A stretch of DNA of 64,000 bases, taken from the NCBI GenBank assembly GCA_947484175.1, contig CANKOI010000008.1:2637-66636 (forward strand), in the 5' to 3' direction. The notes beneath the pieces were generated by a model that made no database searches, was not told the DNA's origin, and saw only the letters and a program-made list of their open reading frames with translations. Below, in pieces: positions 1 through 8,642 of the stretch. Numbering within the stretch: the first letter of the stretch is position 1; the number at the start of each line of letters is the position of its first letter. Source of the stretch: Deltaproteobacteria bacterium (lineage in GTDB: Bacteria; Myxococcota_A; UBA796; SXON01). The translations under genes were made by a program, and so were the position numbers.

Positions 1-212
1 TCTTCATGATCACCGATCCAAAGACCAGCCCCGCCGACACCAAGGGCATGATCGGCTTCGGCGTTGGCCTCGCGTTGGTCGATGCCTGGCTGCAGCTGAA
101 CACCGCGGTCTTTTCGCTGATCTGGGCGCTCTTCTTGGTTTCGACGGTGCGCGGCCTGATGGCGATGGTTCGGGACCAACGGGTTGGCGCGCTCCCAGCA
201 GCGGTCCGATAG
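1..212 (+). CDS. C-terminal fragment of a polytopic membrane protein (NqrB/RnfD-like 'MITDPKTSP' motif); 5' end lies outside the window
   Basis: Frame +3 is open from the window edge (F-MITDPKTSPADTKGMIGFGVGLALV...) to the stop at 210-212. The sequence has hydrophobic helices. The family assignment rests on motif resemblance only. Confidence 0.4.
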   Translation, partial: FMITDPKTSPADTKGMIGFGVGLALVDAWLQLNTAVFSLIWALFLVSTVRGLMAMVRDQRVGALPAAVR

Positions 213-400
213 CCCCCCCGAGATCGTCGGCGCCATGCTCTTCCTGCTCGCCTGTGCCGCCATCGATCCCGAGTCCCCCGCCGCCGACCCCAGCACCCAC
301 GTGGTCGTCATCGGCGCCGGTGGCGGTGAAGGTGCTACCGTAGGGGCAACGACTCGCGAGAGCGCCAGCCCCCCAACCGCGTAGGCTACACTCCCCCGCG

Positions 401-3400
401 GTGCTCCTCCTCCTCGCCCCCCTCGCCGCCGCCGATCCGGCGTTCTCCGTGGAGCGCGGCGTGTTCACGGAAGCCTTCGTCGTGGAGATCACCCCCTCCG
501 ACGCAGGCGGCACCGTGCTCGTCAGCACCGGCACCGCCGAGCCCACCGCCGCGTACGCAGGCCCGATCGCCGTCTCCGCCACCGCAATCCTCCGGGCCGT
601 AGAGGTCGACGCCGACGGCGTGCGCGGCACCGTCGTCACCCACAGCTACCTCTTCCCGCAGGACATCGTCGCGCAGCCCGCGATGGACCCCGGCATCACC
701 CAGAGCGCGGCCTACAAGGACGACGTGCTCTCCACGCTCTCCACGCTCCCGTCGGTGTCGTTGGTGTCCGGAGGGGCCCTCACCACGGCCAAATCGTCGG
801 TCTCCGCCGAGTGGATCGACCCCGACGGCGACGACCTCCAGGTGAACTGCGCCGTGGCGCGCACCGGTACCACGAGTCTCGGCTACCCCAAGAACAGCCT
901 CCGCCTCTACTTCAACGGCGACTACGGCCCCGACGAGGTGGACTTCGACTTCTGGTCCCTCGAGGACGAAGGCCCCGCCCCGTCCCGCGAGCAGGACGCC
1001 CTCAGCCTCCGCTCCGGTCACGACTCCGTGTTCTACTTGGGCGCCCAGGGCCAATACACCCGCAACGACTGGATGGACGCGTCCCAGCTCGCCATGGGGC
1101 ACACCGCCCCCCACGGCCGGTTCGCCCACGTCTACGAAAACGGCAGCTACATCGGGCTGTACCACGTTCGTGAGCGCTTCAACGCCGCCTTCCTCTCCCA
1201 CTACCTCGGCGGCAGCTCCAGCGACTACGAAGCCGTGAACGAGGGAACCATCCGCGCAGGCTCCGGGGCGGCCTGGGCGCAGGTGATGGCCTCGATGTAC
1301 GACGTAGAGGCCATCCAAGCGTGGCTGCACCTCGACCACTTCCTCGACTACATGCTGCTGAATTACTACGCCGGCAACACCTGGGATTGGACGGCGTACC
1401 ACAACTGGGCGGGAGCCGGCCCCTCCACCCCCAACGCAGGCGGCTACCGCTTCTACAGCTCCGACAGCGACATCTGCATCTACTACGACTACCCGGTGAA
1501 CGCGCTCTACTTGCCCGGTCCAGCCGGCATTTTTCCAGCGCTGCTCTCCCAAGGGCACCCTGACTTTCTGGTGGCGCTGCAAGACGCCATCCACCGGAAC
1601 TTGGAGGGCAACGGACCGCTCACCGCCGACCGCGCGGGCGAACGTTACGCCGCCATCGCCGACAGTATCGAACTGGCCGTGACCGCCGAGTCCGCGCGCT
1701 GGGGCTACGGCTGGTGGGACCGCGACGGCGAGTGGGTGACCGAACGCGAACGCCTCCTGCAAACGTTTTTCCCGTACCGCACCGACGAGCTGCTCGACCA
1801 GGTCGAAGCGTTGGGCTGGTACCCCGTTGCAGCGCCCGTCCTGTCGATCGCCTCGGGCGAGCTGCGGGCCGGCGACGACGTGAGCGTGGAGGTGCCCGAC
1901 GGGGAGGTGGCGGAGCTGTGGGTGACGGTGGACGGGACCGATCCGCGCCGGCCGGGCGGCGAAACGGCGCCGGGGGCGCTGCTCGCCGACAACGGCGTAT
2001 TCGTGGTGGCCGTCCAGCACGGCACGGTGCTGCGGGCACGCCTGCGGGTGCGCGACCAGTGGGGACCCATCGAAACCGGCGAGTACGTCGTGCGCGAGGC
2101 GAACCCGCTCGTGCTCAACGAGTGGAACGCGGTGGGTGAGGGGGGGGTGCTCGACGACCGAGGGTTCGCGGGCAGCGGCAGCGACGACGCCCTCGGCGTG
2201 CTCGAAGGCAACGGTGGCGCCTGGCTGGAGTTCGTGGTCACGGAGGAGCTCGACCTGCGCGGCTGGCGGCTCACCATGGCTGACCTACGCGGCCCGGCCG
2301 GCGAGATCACCTTCACCGACCACGCTGCGCTGGCCGCCCTCCCTGCCGGTGCGCTCCTCACCGTGTCGGCCAGCCTTCAAGAGGACACCTCGATCGACGC
2401 AACCGCCGCCGACTGGCGCCTCCACCTCACCGCCTCCCCCGAGGGAGCCTACGCGCAGAGCGAGGGCTTCCGCGTGAGCGCGCAGGAGTGGCAGCTCAGC
2501 GTGTGGGACGCCGAAGGCCACCGCCGCTTCGGCCCCGTGGGCGAAGGGCTCGCGCCCCGCCGCGGCATCAGCGAGCACGAGGTCGGCGCGCTCCTCGCCA
2601 ACCCCGGTGCATCCACCCCCGCCGACAGCACCGACTACGGCGCCACGACCCGCTCGACGTACGCCGCGCCCAACGCCTGGGAGAACGGCCTCCAGGACCT
2701 CTCCGCGCTCCGGGGCGTGGCGGAGGCCGCCCCCGACCCGTCCGAGCCCAACGACCCACCCCCCTCGTGGACCGGCGTGTGCGGCGGCTGCGGCACGGCT
2801 GGTGGGGACGGGTCGCTGGCGTGGGGGCTCGCGCTCCTCCTCCTCGCCGGGTGCCGGAACGGCACCTCCGTGGCGCCCCCCCCCGAGGACGAGGAGACCG
2901 GCGACGAGTGCGCCACCGCCCCCGAACAGTGCAACGGCCTCGACGACGATTGCAACGGCCTCGTGGACGACGCCCCCATCGACCCCCTCCCCTTCTACGC
3001 CGACGCCGACGGCGACGGCTGGGGAGCCGAGGGCGCGACCGTGTACGCCTGTGCGGTAGGCGCGGGCGCGTCGGCCACCGCCGGCGACTGCGACGACGCC
3101 GACCCCGACGTACACCCCGGAGCCGAGGAGGCCTGCAACGACATCGACCGCGACTGTGACGGCGTGGAGAACTCCGGGTTCGGTTCCGCCCCCGCCTGCG
3201 CCGCAACGACCTGCCTAGAAATCCTCACGGCGGTGCCCACCGCCGACGACGGCGCCTACTGGCTGAACCTCCCCTCCGGCACCGCCACCGAGGTGTGGTG
3301 CGACATGGCCGACGGCGGGTGGACCCTCGGCTTCAACCGCAACACCGCCAGCACCGGCAGCCAGGGCTCCTTCGGCAGTGGCGAGGAAGGCCTCGCCGCC

Positions 3401-3859
3401 CTCGCCACCTCCCCGGAGCTCGCCAGCGCCAGCGTGACCCCCGCGCGCGGCTGGCACGACCTCAACGCCTTCTCGTGGGACGAGCTCCGCCTCACCGCGG
3501 CGGCCTCCGGAGCGCGCAGCTACACATCGCGGCCGATCGGCCGCGACGAGCTGCGCGTGAACTTCGGCGAGCCAGGCTACCTCCTGTACGGGGGCGCGAG
3601 CGGCTACTTCTGGTGCGGGGGGCCGGCGTCGTACACCGACACCGGCATCGGCGCGGTGAACAACCCTGCCGGCGCCACGCCGGATTGCAAGGGGCACGGC
3701 TCGTTGGGCTCCGGGTGGGATTTTTCGGACGTGGACGGCGCCAACGCCGGGCTCACCCTCTGCGGAGGCGATGGCAGCTACTTCCTCGCCGGGGGCTGGG
3801 GCGGTCCGTGGATGTACTATGGGACCGCCGGCGGCGCGGAGGCCATTTGGGTGCGATGA
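401..3859 (+). CDS. Large secreted mosaic protein: Fn3-like N-terminus, CotH kinase-like core, lamin-tail-like domain, internal GCG/LALLLLAGC segment, Cys/Asp metal-binding-type repeats, C-terminal fibrinogen-related domain
   Basis: 1152-codon ORF with a GTG start. CotH-like stretches are present (LRLYFNGDYG, LLNYYAGNTWDW). An LTD-like stretch follows (PLVLNEWNAVG...WLEFVV). MopE-like repeats follow that (CNGLDDDCNG, CDDADPDVHPGAEEACNDIDRDCDG). The fibrinogen-type motif is TCLEIL...VWCDMADGGWTL. The stop overlaps the next start (ATGA at 3856-3859). Confidence 0.8.
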   Translation: MLLLLAPLAAADPAFSVERGVFTEAFVVEITPSDAGGTVLVSTGTAEPTAAYAGPIAVSATAILRAVEVDADGVRGTVVTHSYLFPQDIVAQPAMDPGITQSAAYKDDVLSTLSTLPSVSLVSGGALTTAKSSVSAEWIDPDGDDLQVNCAVARTGTTSLGYPKNSLRLYFNGDYGPDEVDFDFWSLEDEGPAPSREQDALSLRSGHDSVFYLGAQGQYTRNDWMDASQLAMGHTAPHGRFAHVYENGSYIGLYHVRERFNAAFLSHYLGGSSSDYEAVNEGTIRAGSGAAWAQVMASMYDVEAIQAWLHLDHFLDYMLLNYYAGNTWDWTAYHNWAGAGPSTPNAGGYRFYSSDSDICIYYDYPVNALYLPGPAGIFPALLSQGHPDFLVALQDAIHRNLEGNGPLTADRAGERYAAIADSIELAVTAESARWGYGWWDRDGEWVTERERLLQTFFPYRTDELLDQVEALGWYPVAAPVLSIASGELRAGDDVSVEVPDGEVAELWVTVDGTDPRRPGGETAPGALLADNGVFVVAVQHGTVLRARLRVRDQWGPIETGEYVVREANPLVLNEWNAVGEGGVLDDRGFAGSGSDDALGVLEGNGGAWLEFVVTEELDLRGWRLTMADLRGPAGEITFTDHAALAALPAGALLTVSASLQEDTSIDATAADWRLHLTASPEGAYAQSEGFRVSAQEWQLSVWDAEGHRRFGPVGEGLAPRRGISEHEVGALLANPGASTPADSTDYGATTRSTYAAPNAWENGLQDLSALRGVAEAAPDPSEPNDPPPSWTGVCGGCGTAGGDGSLAWGLALLLLAGCRNGTSVAPPPEDEETGDECATAPEQCNGLDDDCNGLVDDAPIDPLPFYADADGDGWGAEGATVYACAVGAGASATAGDCDDADPDVHPGAEEACNDIDRDCDGVENSGFGSAPACAATTCLEILTAVPTADDGAYWLNLPSGTATEVWCDMADGGWTLGFNRNTASTGSQGSFGSGEEGLAALATSPELASASVTPARGWHDLNAFSWDELRLTAAASGARSYTSRPIGRDELRVNFGEPGYLLYGGASGYFWCGGPASYTDTGIGAVNNPAGATPDCKGHGSLGSGWDFSDVDGANAGLTLCGGDGSYFLAGGWGGPWMYYGTAGGAEAIWVR

Positions 3860-5049
3860 CCCCCGCGGAGACCACGCTGGTGATCATGGGCGGGCTCGCC
3901 GCGCTCTCCCGATGGGGCGCTGCGGGGCACATCCGCAAGGTGCTGCACCCGCGGTGGCGGCTGGAGCCGGCGCCGCCCGAGGTGCAGAGCCGCCTGAGCG
4001 TGAGTGTGTGCGTACCGGCCCGCAACGAGGCCGCCGTGATCGACCGGCTCCTCGACAGCCTCGATCGGCAAGACCACCCACTTGTGGAGGTGATCGTCTG
4101 CGACGACCGCTCCGACGACGACACCGGCGCACGGGCAGCCCGCCACCGATGCACGGTGGTGGCCGGCAGCGAGCCCCCCGAGGGCTGGATCGGCAAACAA
4201 TGGGCGCTCACCCACGCCGCCGCCGCCGCCACCGGCGACGTGCTCTGTTTTGTGGACGCGGACACTTGGCACCACCCCGCGGCGCTCCGTACCAGCCTCG
4301 CGTTGATGGAGGCCGAGGAGGCCGACGTGCTCGTGCTCGTGAGCGGCCACGCGCTCGGCTCCTGGTCGGAACGATGGGTCCTCCCCTTCCTCTGGTCCGC
4401 GCTGCTCAGCTTCTTGTCCATCGAAAATGCCCAGGACCCCTCGCGCCCCAACGACGCCATGGGAAACGGACAGTTCTGGCTGGTGCGCCGCACGACCTAC
4501 GTCGCGATGGGCGGCCACGAACGCGTAAAGGACCGGCTCGTCGAAGATGTGGCCATCGTGCGCGAGCTCAAACGTGCGGGCGCCCGCTTTCGTCTGCGTT
4601 TCGCCCCCACGCTCACGCGCACCCGCATGTACACCGGCTGGTCCCAACTCTGGTCGGGGCTGGAAAAAAACGCCGCGATCACCGATCCAGCGCGGCCGGT
4701 CCTGTCGATCGCGCTCTCGGTCTTGTCCCTCGTCCTCACCGTGATGGCCGAACTGTGGCCCTGGATCGTGGCCGCCGGGGCGCTGTTCCTTGGCGGTCCG
4801 TGGGCGCACCCCGCGCTCCTGTCGTTCGCCGCCGCACAGCTGTTTTTCATCCTGCTCGGGCGCGCGAGAGTGTTCGCTGCGCTGTGCGACGACCCGTCGG
4901 GTGAGCGGCTTTCCCGGAACCCACGAGTATTGCTCGCGCAACCGCTGGGGGTGCTCCTTGGCATGGTGATCATGCTGAATTCCCTTCAAGCCCAGCTCCG
5001 CGGGACAACCGGGTGGAAAGGGCGGCGGGTGCAAGGGCGGAGTCTGTAG
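3856..5049 (+). CDS. Family 2 glycosyltransferase with C-terminal membrane helices
   Basis: The internal ATG at 3856 is in frame with ORF 3295..5049 and overlaps the upstream stop by 4 nt. GT2 hallmarks are present (VSVCVPARNEAAVIDRLLDSL, VIVCDDRSDDDT, CFVDADT). The C-terminus is hydrophobic. Confidence 0.85.
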   Translation: MTPAETTLVIMGGLAALSRWGAAGHIRKVLHPRWRLEPAPPEVQSRLSVSVCVPARNEAAVIDRLLDSLDRQDHPLVEVIVCDDRSDDDTGARAARHRCTVVAGSEPPEGWIGKQWALTHAAAAATGDVLCFVDADTWHHPAALRTSLALMEAEEADVLVLVSGHALGSWSERWVLPFLWSALLSFLSIENAQDPSRPNDAMGNGQFWLVRRTTYVAMGGHERVKDRLVEDVAIVRELKRAGARFRLRFAPTLTRTRMYTGWSQLWSGLEKNAAITDPARPVLSIALSVLSLVLTVMAELWPWIVAAGALFLGGPWAHPALLSFAAAQLFFILLGRARVFAALCDDPSGERLSRNPRVLLAQPLGVLLGMVIMLNSLQAQLRGTTGWKGRRVQGRSL

Positions 5050-5072
5050 CTGACTCCACGACGATCGGTCGC

Positions 5073-5444
5073 CTACGCGGCGTACTCCAACAGCCCCACC
5101 AACCACGCCAGCACATCGATCAGCACCGGCTCGGTCCACGGCCACAGAAAGGCCTGCGCGCACAGACTGAACGTCGAGAACGTCATCAGGGCGAAGGCAA
5201 CCCCGCGCACCCGCTTGGCGGCGGCCCCCAGCGTGGGAGCGCCGACCCCCGCATCGGCACGAGCCATCTCATCCCCCGCGCGCATCCATACGAAGATCGA
5301 GACGGCGCCGCCGAGGGGGCTGGTGCAACAGCAGGGGCCCAGCACCACCAGCAGGCCTGAAAGCCACAACCAGCGGCGAAGTGCCGGCATGGGATCGGGG
5401 CGGTCGGCGGATCCCCGCCCGCTGAAGAGATCGTCGACGGCCAA
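5073..5444 (-). CDS. Small hypothetical membrane protein
   Basis: 123-codon ORF whose ATG directly abuts the plsB stop (5445). It has predicted TM segments (WLWLSGLLVVLGPCCC, VAFALMTFSTFSLCAQAFLW, VLIDVLAWLVGLL). It fills the only gap between plsB and the GT2 gene. No family was recognised. Confidence 0.5.
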   Translation of the reverse strand: MAVDDLFSGRGSADRPDPMPALRRWLWLSGLLVVLGPCCCTSPLGGAVSIFVWMRAGDEMARADAGVGAPTLGAAAKRVRGVAFALMTFSTFSLCAQAFLWPWTEPVLIDVLAWLVGLLEYAA

Positions 5445-7961
5445 CTACTCGCTCCGCGCGAGCAGGGCGGTGAGGTCGTCCCGGTAGCCGCGGGCCCCAT
5501 CGGCAGCCACGGTCACCGCGCCATCGGCCCCCACCAGCAGGACGTCGTCTTCGCGGAAGGCGCGAGCGGCGTTCTGGAGGTTCACGAGGTTGAGCGCCTC
5601 GGGGCGGGTGAGCTCGTCGGCCGCGAGCATGGCCCGACCTCGCGTGAGGGCGTCGGCGGGCAGCGACTTCCAGGTAGAGCGGCCGTCGCCCGCGGTGAGG
5701 AGCAGCAGCAAGTAGGACTCAAGGAAGTTGGCGGTGAGGTTCGCCACCTCGCCCACGCGCGAACGGTCGCACACGATCACCTGGGTGCCACGCAGCTCCA
5801 CTGCGCCGTAGGCCACGAGCTCCGCCACGGCGCGCCGCTCGTGCTCCTGCGCGTCGGCATCCGGGTCGAGGATGAACTCGTACCGCAGGAGGAACTGCTG
5901 CACCGTGAGGAGGCGCGTGACCTCGTGCAGGTCGATCTCGTCGTGGCCCAGCGCCCGCACGGCGCCGGCAAAATAGGCCGCCGGCGCGAAGGCGTGCATC
6001 ACGGCGTTCTTGTAGTAGTCGAGCGTGATTCGCCGGTCGGGCTGGACGATGTACACGACGTCGCCGCCTTCCCTGACTTCGGTGAGCATCCGCCCCGAAC
6101 GGAAGCGCGAGATCGCCTCGTCCAAGATGCCGTCCACGTGGGAAACCGCGCGGCCCTCCTTCACGCCGGCCACCTGCAAGAAAGCCCGCAGGCGCTCCAC
6201 CCGGGCCTTCAGCTCCTCGCGGCGAACCCCCCGGCGCGGGTGGGCCAAAACCGCCAGAGCGACCAGCGATGTGGGCAGCAGCACGGCCTCCCCGTTGATG
6301 CGGTGCAGAATGCGCTCGCCGAGCCCGAGCAGCGCCTCATCCCGTTCGGCACGCGACTTCGCATTCCACTCGGCGGCCGAGCCCAGACTGTCGGCCCGGA
6401 TGGGCTCGCCTACCCGGAGGTACACCTTGCCGTACCGCTCTCGGATCACGCTGGCGGCGCGCGCCAACTGGCCGACGGACTCCTTCTCCTTGCTCGCCCC
6501 CGCCAGCTCCCGCGCGTACACCCGCTCCTCGGCGATCTGTTCGTACCCCACGTAGATGGGCAGGAAGGTGACCGCACGACCCTCGCGGGCATTCGCAGCG
6601 GCGTTCATGATCATGCCGAGCACACCCACCTTGGGAGGCAGCAGCTTGCCCGTTCGAGACCGGCCGCCTTCGATGAAGAATTCCACCGGCACTTCCATGC
6701 GAACCAACTCTCGGAGGTATCGCTCGAATACGACCGGGAAAATCCGGTCGCCCTGAAAGCTTCGTTTGATGAAGAAGGCCCCGCAGCGCCGCACAAAAGG
6801 GCCGAACGGGAAGAACGCGAGGTTGTCCCCCGCCACGATGTGCGGAATGACAATGTCCTTGCTCAAGAGCAACGACGAGATCAGCAGGTAGTCGAGGTGG
6901 CTGCGATGGCACGGCACGAGGATGGGGGTGCCGTCGCGGAGCGCGCTGCGAATCCGCTCGAGGTCTTCTTCACGCACGTCGATTCCACTGTAGATCCGGT
7001 TCCAAATCTGGAAGCAGAACCAGCCGGCAAAACGAACGAAGGGAAAGGAAAAGCGCGCCGCGATTCGATCAAAGGTGCGAGCGACCTTCGCCAGCACCTC
7101 CTCGGGGGGGCGATTCGTGGCAGCCGCCTCCCGCACGATGAGCTCTCGCACCTCGTGGCTCTCGAGCACCTGTCGACGAACGAACCCGCGAGGCCGCGCC
7201 CTCGGCCCGCGCACCACCCGCGACTCGCGGTACAGGAAGCGCCGCAGAACCAGGCGCAGGCGGCGATTGCGGGTGGCGGGCGGCTCCTCCGAGAACCGCT
7301 CCGTCCACTCGGAGAGCGTGATCGGTTCGCCCACCTGAACCAGCGCCTCGCCGGTGGAGCGTGCCAGCGCGAGCAGCTTCCCGATGGGCCCGGGTGAATC
7401 CTCCGTTCCCAGCAGGAACCGGCCCACCTCCGTGCGCGAGGGCTCCGGGGAGCGATCCCAGATCACCACCACTGGCACCACCTGCACCGGCCGGGCCGAA
7501 CGCGCCTGTGCCGCCACAAGGTGCGGGATCAGGTCGTCCTCGACCGGGGCGAGGCCAACGAGCTCGCGGATGTCCCACGGCGTTCCGAGGAAGATGCAGG
7601 TCGGGCTTCCGGCCTCGATGAAGCGGCCGAGCTGGTCGGGTCCGCTCGCGTCGGCCGCACCGAAGAGGCGGCCGAGCATGGAGAAGGGGAACCACCGCCT
7701 GGCGTCAAACCCCGCCGTGAAGGCTGGCAAGGGCAGGCGGCGCTCGTTGAACACACTCTGCACCGCGAGCCAGTCCACATGCGAGCGGGTGTGCAGGGCG
7801 TACACGATCGGTCCCCGCTCCGCGGCGCGGCGCACCCGCTCCGCGCTGTGATCCTCCATCCGGAGGCGGCGGAGGAACAACTGAAGGCCGCTCAGCCAGT
7901 ACAGGGGGCCCTGCACGGGGAGCATCGCCGAAGAGTGGGGCGCCGCCACGAGCGGGCTCAT
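5445..7961 (-). CDS. plsB: Glycerol-3-phosphate 1-O-acyltransferase
   Basis: 838 aa. It carries the acyltransferase HX4D motif (HRSHLDYLL) and the downstream FFIKRSF and FIEGGRSRTGK blocks typical of PlsB. The length is in the PlsB range. Confidence 0.93.
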   Translation of the reverse strand: MSPLVAAPHSSAMLPVQGPLYWLSGLQLFLRRLRMEDHSAERVRRAAERGPIVYALHTRSHVDWLAVQSVFNERRLPLPAFTAGFDARRWFPFSMLGRLFGAADASGPDQLGRFIEAGSPTCIFLGTPWDIRELVGLAPVEDDLIPHLVAAQARSARPVQVVPVVVIWDRSPEPSRTEVGRFLLGTEDSPGPIGKLLALARSTGEALVQVGEPITLSEWTERFSEEPPATRNRRLRLVLRRFLYRESRVVRGPRARPRGFVRRQVLESHEVRELIVREAAATNRPPEEVLAKVARTFDRIAARFSFPFVRFAGWFCFQIWNRIYSGIDVREEDLERIRSALRDGTPILVPCHRSHLDYLLISSLLLSKDIVIPHIVAGDNLAFFPFGPFVRRCGAFFIKRSFQGDRIFPVVFERYLRELVRMEVPVEFFIEGGRSRTGKLLPPKVGVLGMIMNAAANAREGRAVTFLPIYVGYEQIAEERVYARELAGASKEKESVGQLARAASVIRERYGKVYLRVGEPIRADSLGSAAEWNAKSRAERDEALLGLGERILHRINGEAVLLPTSLVALAVLAHPRRGVRREELKARVERLRAFLQVAGVKEGRAVSHVDGILDEAISRFRSGRMLTEVREGGDVVYIVQPDRRITLDYYKNAVMHAFAPAAYFAGAVRALGHDEIDLHEVTRLLTVQQFLLRYEFILDPDADAQEHERRAVAELVAYGAVELRGTQVIVCDRSRVGEVANLTANFLESYLLLLLTAGDGRSTWKSLPADALTRGRAMLAADELTRPEALNLVNLQNAARAFREDDVLLVGADGAVTVAADGARGYRDDLTALLARSE

Positions 7962-7967
7962 CCCTCG

Positions 7968-8231
7968 CTATGCCCCGCTGTCGCCACTGCCACAGTCGCT
8001 GGTGAGTTCGGCATCCACGTCGTTGCAGTCCCCACCCAACTTCACGTAGCCCGCGGGCGCCGCGCAACCCACGTACACCGAGCGCTCGTTACCGACGCCG
8101 TCCTCATCGAGGTCTTCGTAGAAGAGCGTGCGCGGCTCGCATTCCCGTTCGCCATCGGCAGAGTAGAGATCGGGGAGGTCGCAGCCGGCGAGCGCGACGA
8201 GAAGCAAGGGGGAGCGCATCGCGGCACGCAT
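7968..8231 (-). CDS. Small lipoprotein with a Cys/Asp 'putative metal-binding' (MopE-like) motif
   Basis: Signal peptide with lipobox (LLLVALAGC). Motif DLDEDGVG...GGDCNDVD. It lies 3 nt downstream of the FHA gene and 6 nt upstream of plsB. Confidence 0.75.
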   Translation of the reverse strand: MRAAMRSPLLLVALAGCDLPDLYSADGERECEPRTLFYEDLDEDGVGNERSVYVGCAAPAGYVKLGGDCNDVDAELTSDCGSGDSGA

Positions 8232-8234
8232 AAC

Positions 8235-8642
8235 TCACCCCCTCATGGAGCCCGTCACGTTGCCGACACGAACGGTCGAGCCGGGTACGACCTCCGCCGC
8301 CTCCCCGGGAGGGAGTCGCCACTCCCCCACCCACGTGCCGTTGGTGCTGCCCAGATCGCGCAGCAGCCACGCGCCATCCGAGACCACGAACTCGGCATGC
8401 CGCCGACTCACGCTGTCGTCGTCGAGCTCCACATCTGCGCCGACGCCGCCTTCCGTGCGCCCCACCAACAGCCGACTTCCCATGAGCGGCCAGCTACTTG
8501 CGCCAACCACCAGAACGATCGCTCCGGCGCGCTGATCCGGCACAGCGGCGGCAATGGCGGTGGCGCGAGAACGCGCTGGCGGAGGCGGAGCAGCGGGCAC
8601 TGCCTCGGGAACCGGGGCCGCGAGTCCTTTCCGCTCACGCAT
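8235..8642 (-). CDS. FHA domain protein (phosphothreonine reader)
   Basis: The internal ATG (MRERKG...) overlaps the vWA stop by 8 nt. FHA core: LLVGRTEGGVGADVELDDDSVSRRHAEFVVSDGAWLLRDLGSTNGTWV. The exact start is uncertain because the ORF extends to 8762. Confidence 0.85.
   Translation of the reverse strand: MRERKGLAAPVPEAVPAAPPPPARSRATAIAAAVPDQRAGAIVLVVGASSWPLMGSRLLVGRTEGGVGADVELDDDSVSRRHAEFVVSDGAWLLRDLGSTNGTWVGEWRLPPGEAAEVVPGSTVRVGNVTGSMRG

Noticed and set aside
184-384. A short ORF containing a lipobox-like MLFLLAC just upstream of, and out of frame with, the CotH gene, whose own N-terminus (VLLLLAPLAAADP) lacks a charged n-region. This could be a frameshifted true signal peptide.
   Set aside because: I cannot demonstrate a frameshift from the sequence alone. 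The 50-aa product is low-complexity, and the ORF overlaps the end of the partial upstream gene. It is left unannotated and worth checking only if read data are available.
386-2020. Long antisense or alternate-frame ORFs throughout the window. Examples are 386..2020(-), 16069..18540(-), 27174..29471(-), 37720..40638(-), 43727..45922(-) and 21676..23781(+).
   Set aside because: They overlap genes with clear family signatures. Their translations are Arg/Pro/Gly/Ala-rich low-complexity sequence. They are the expected artefact of stop-codon scarcity in very GC-rich DNA.
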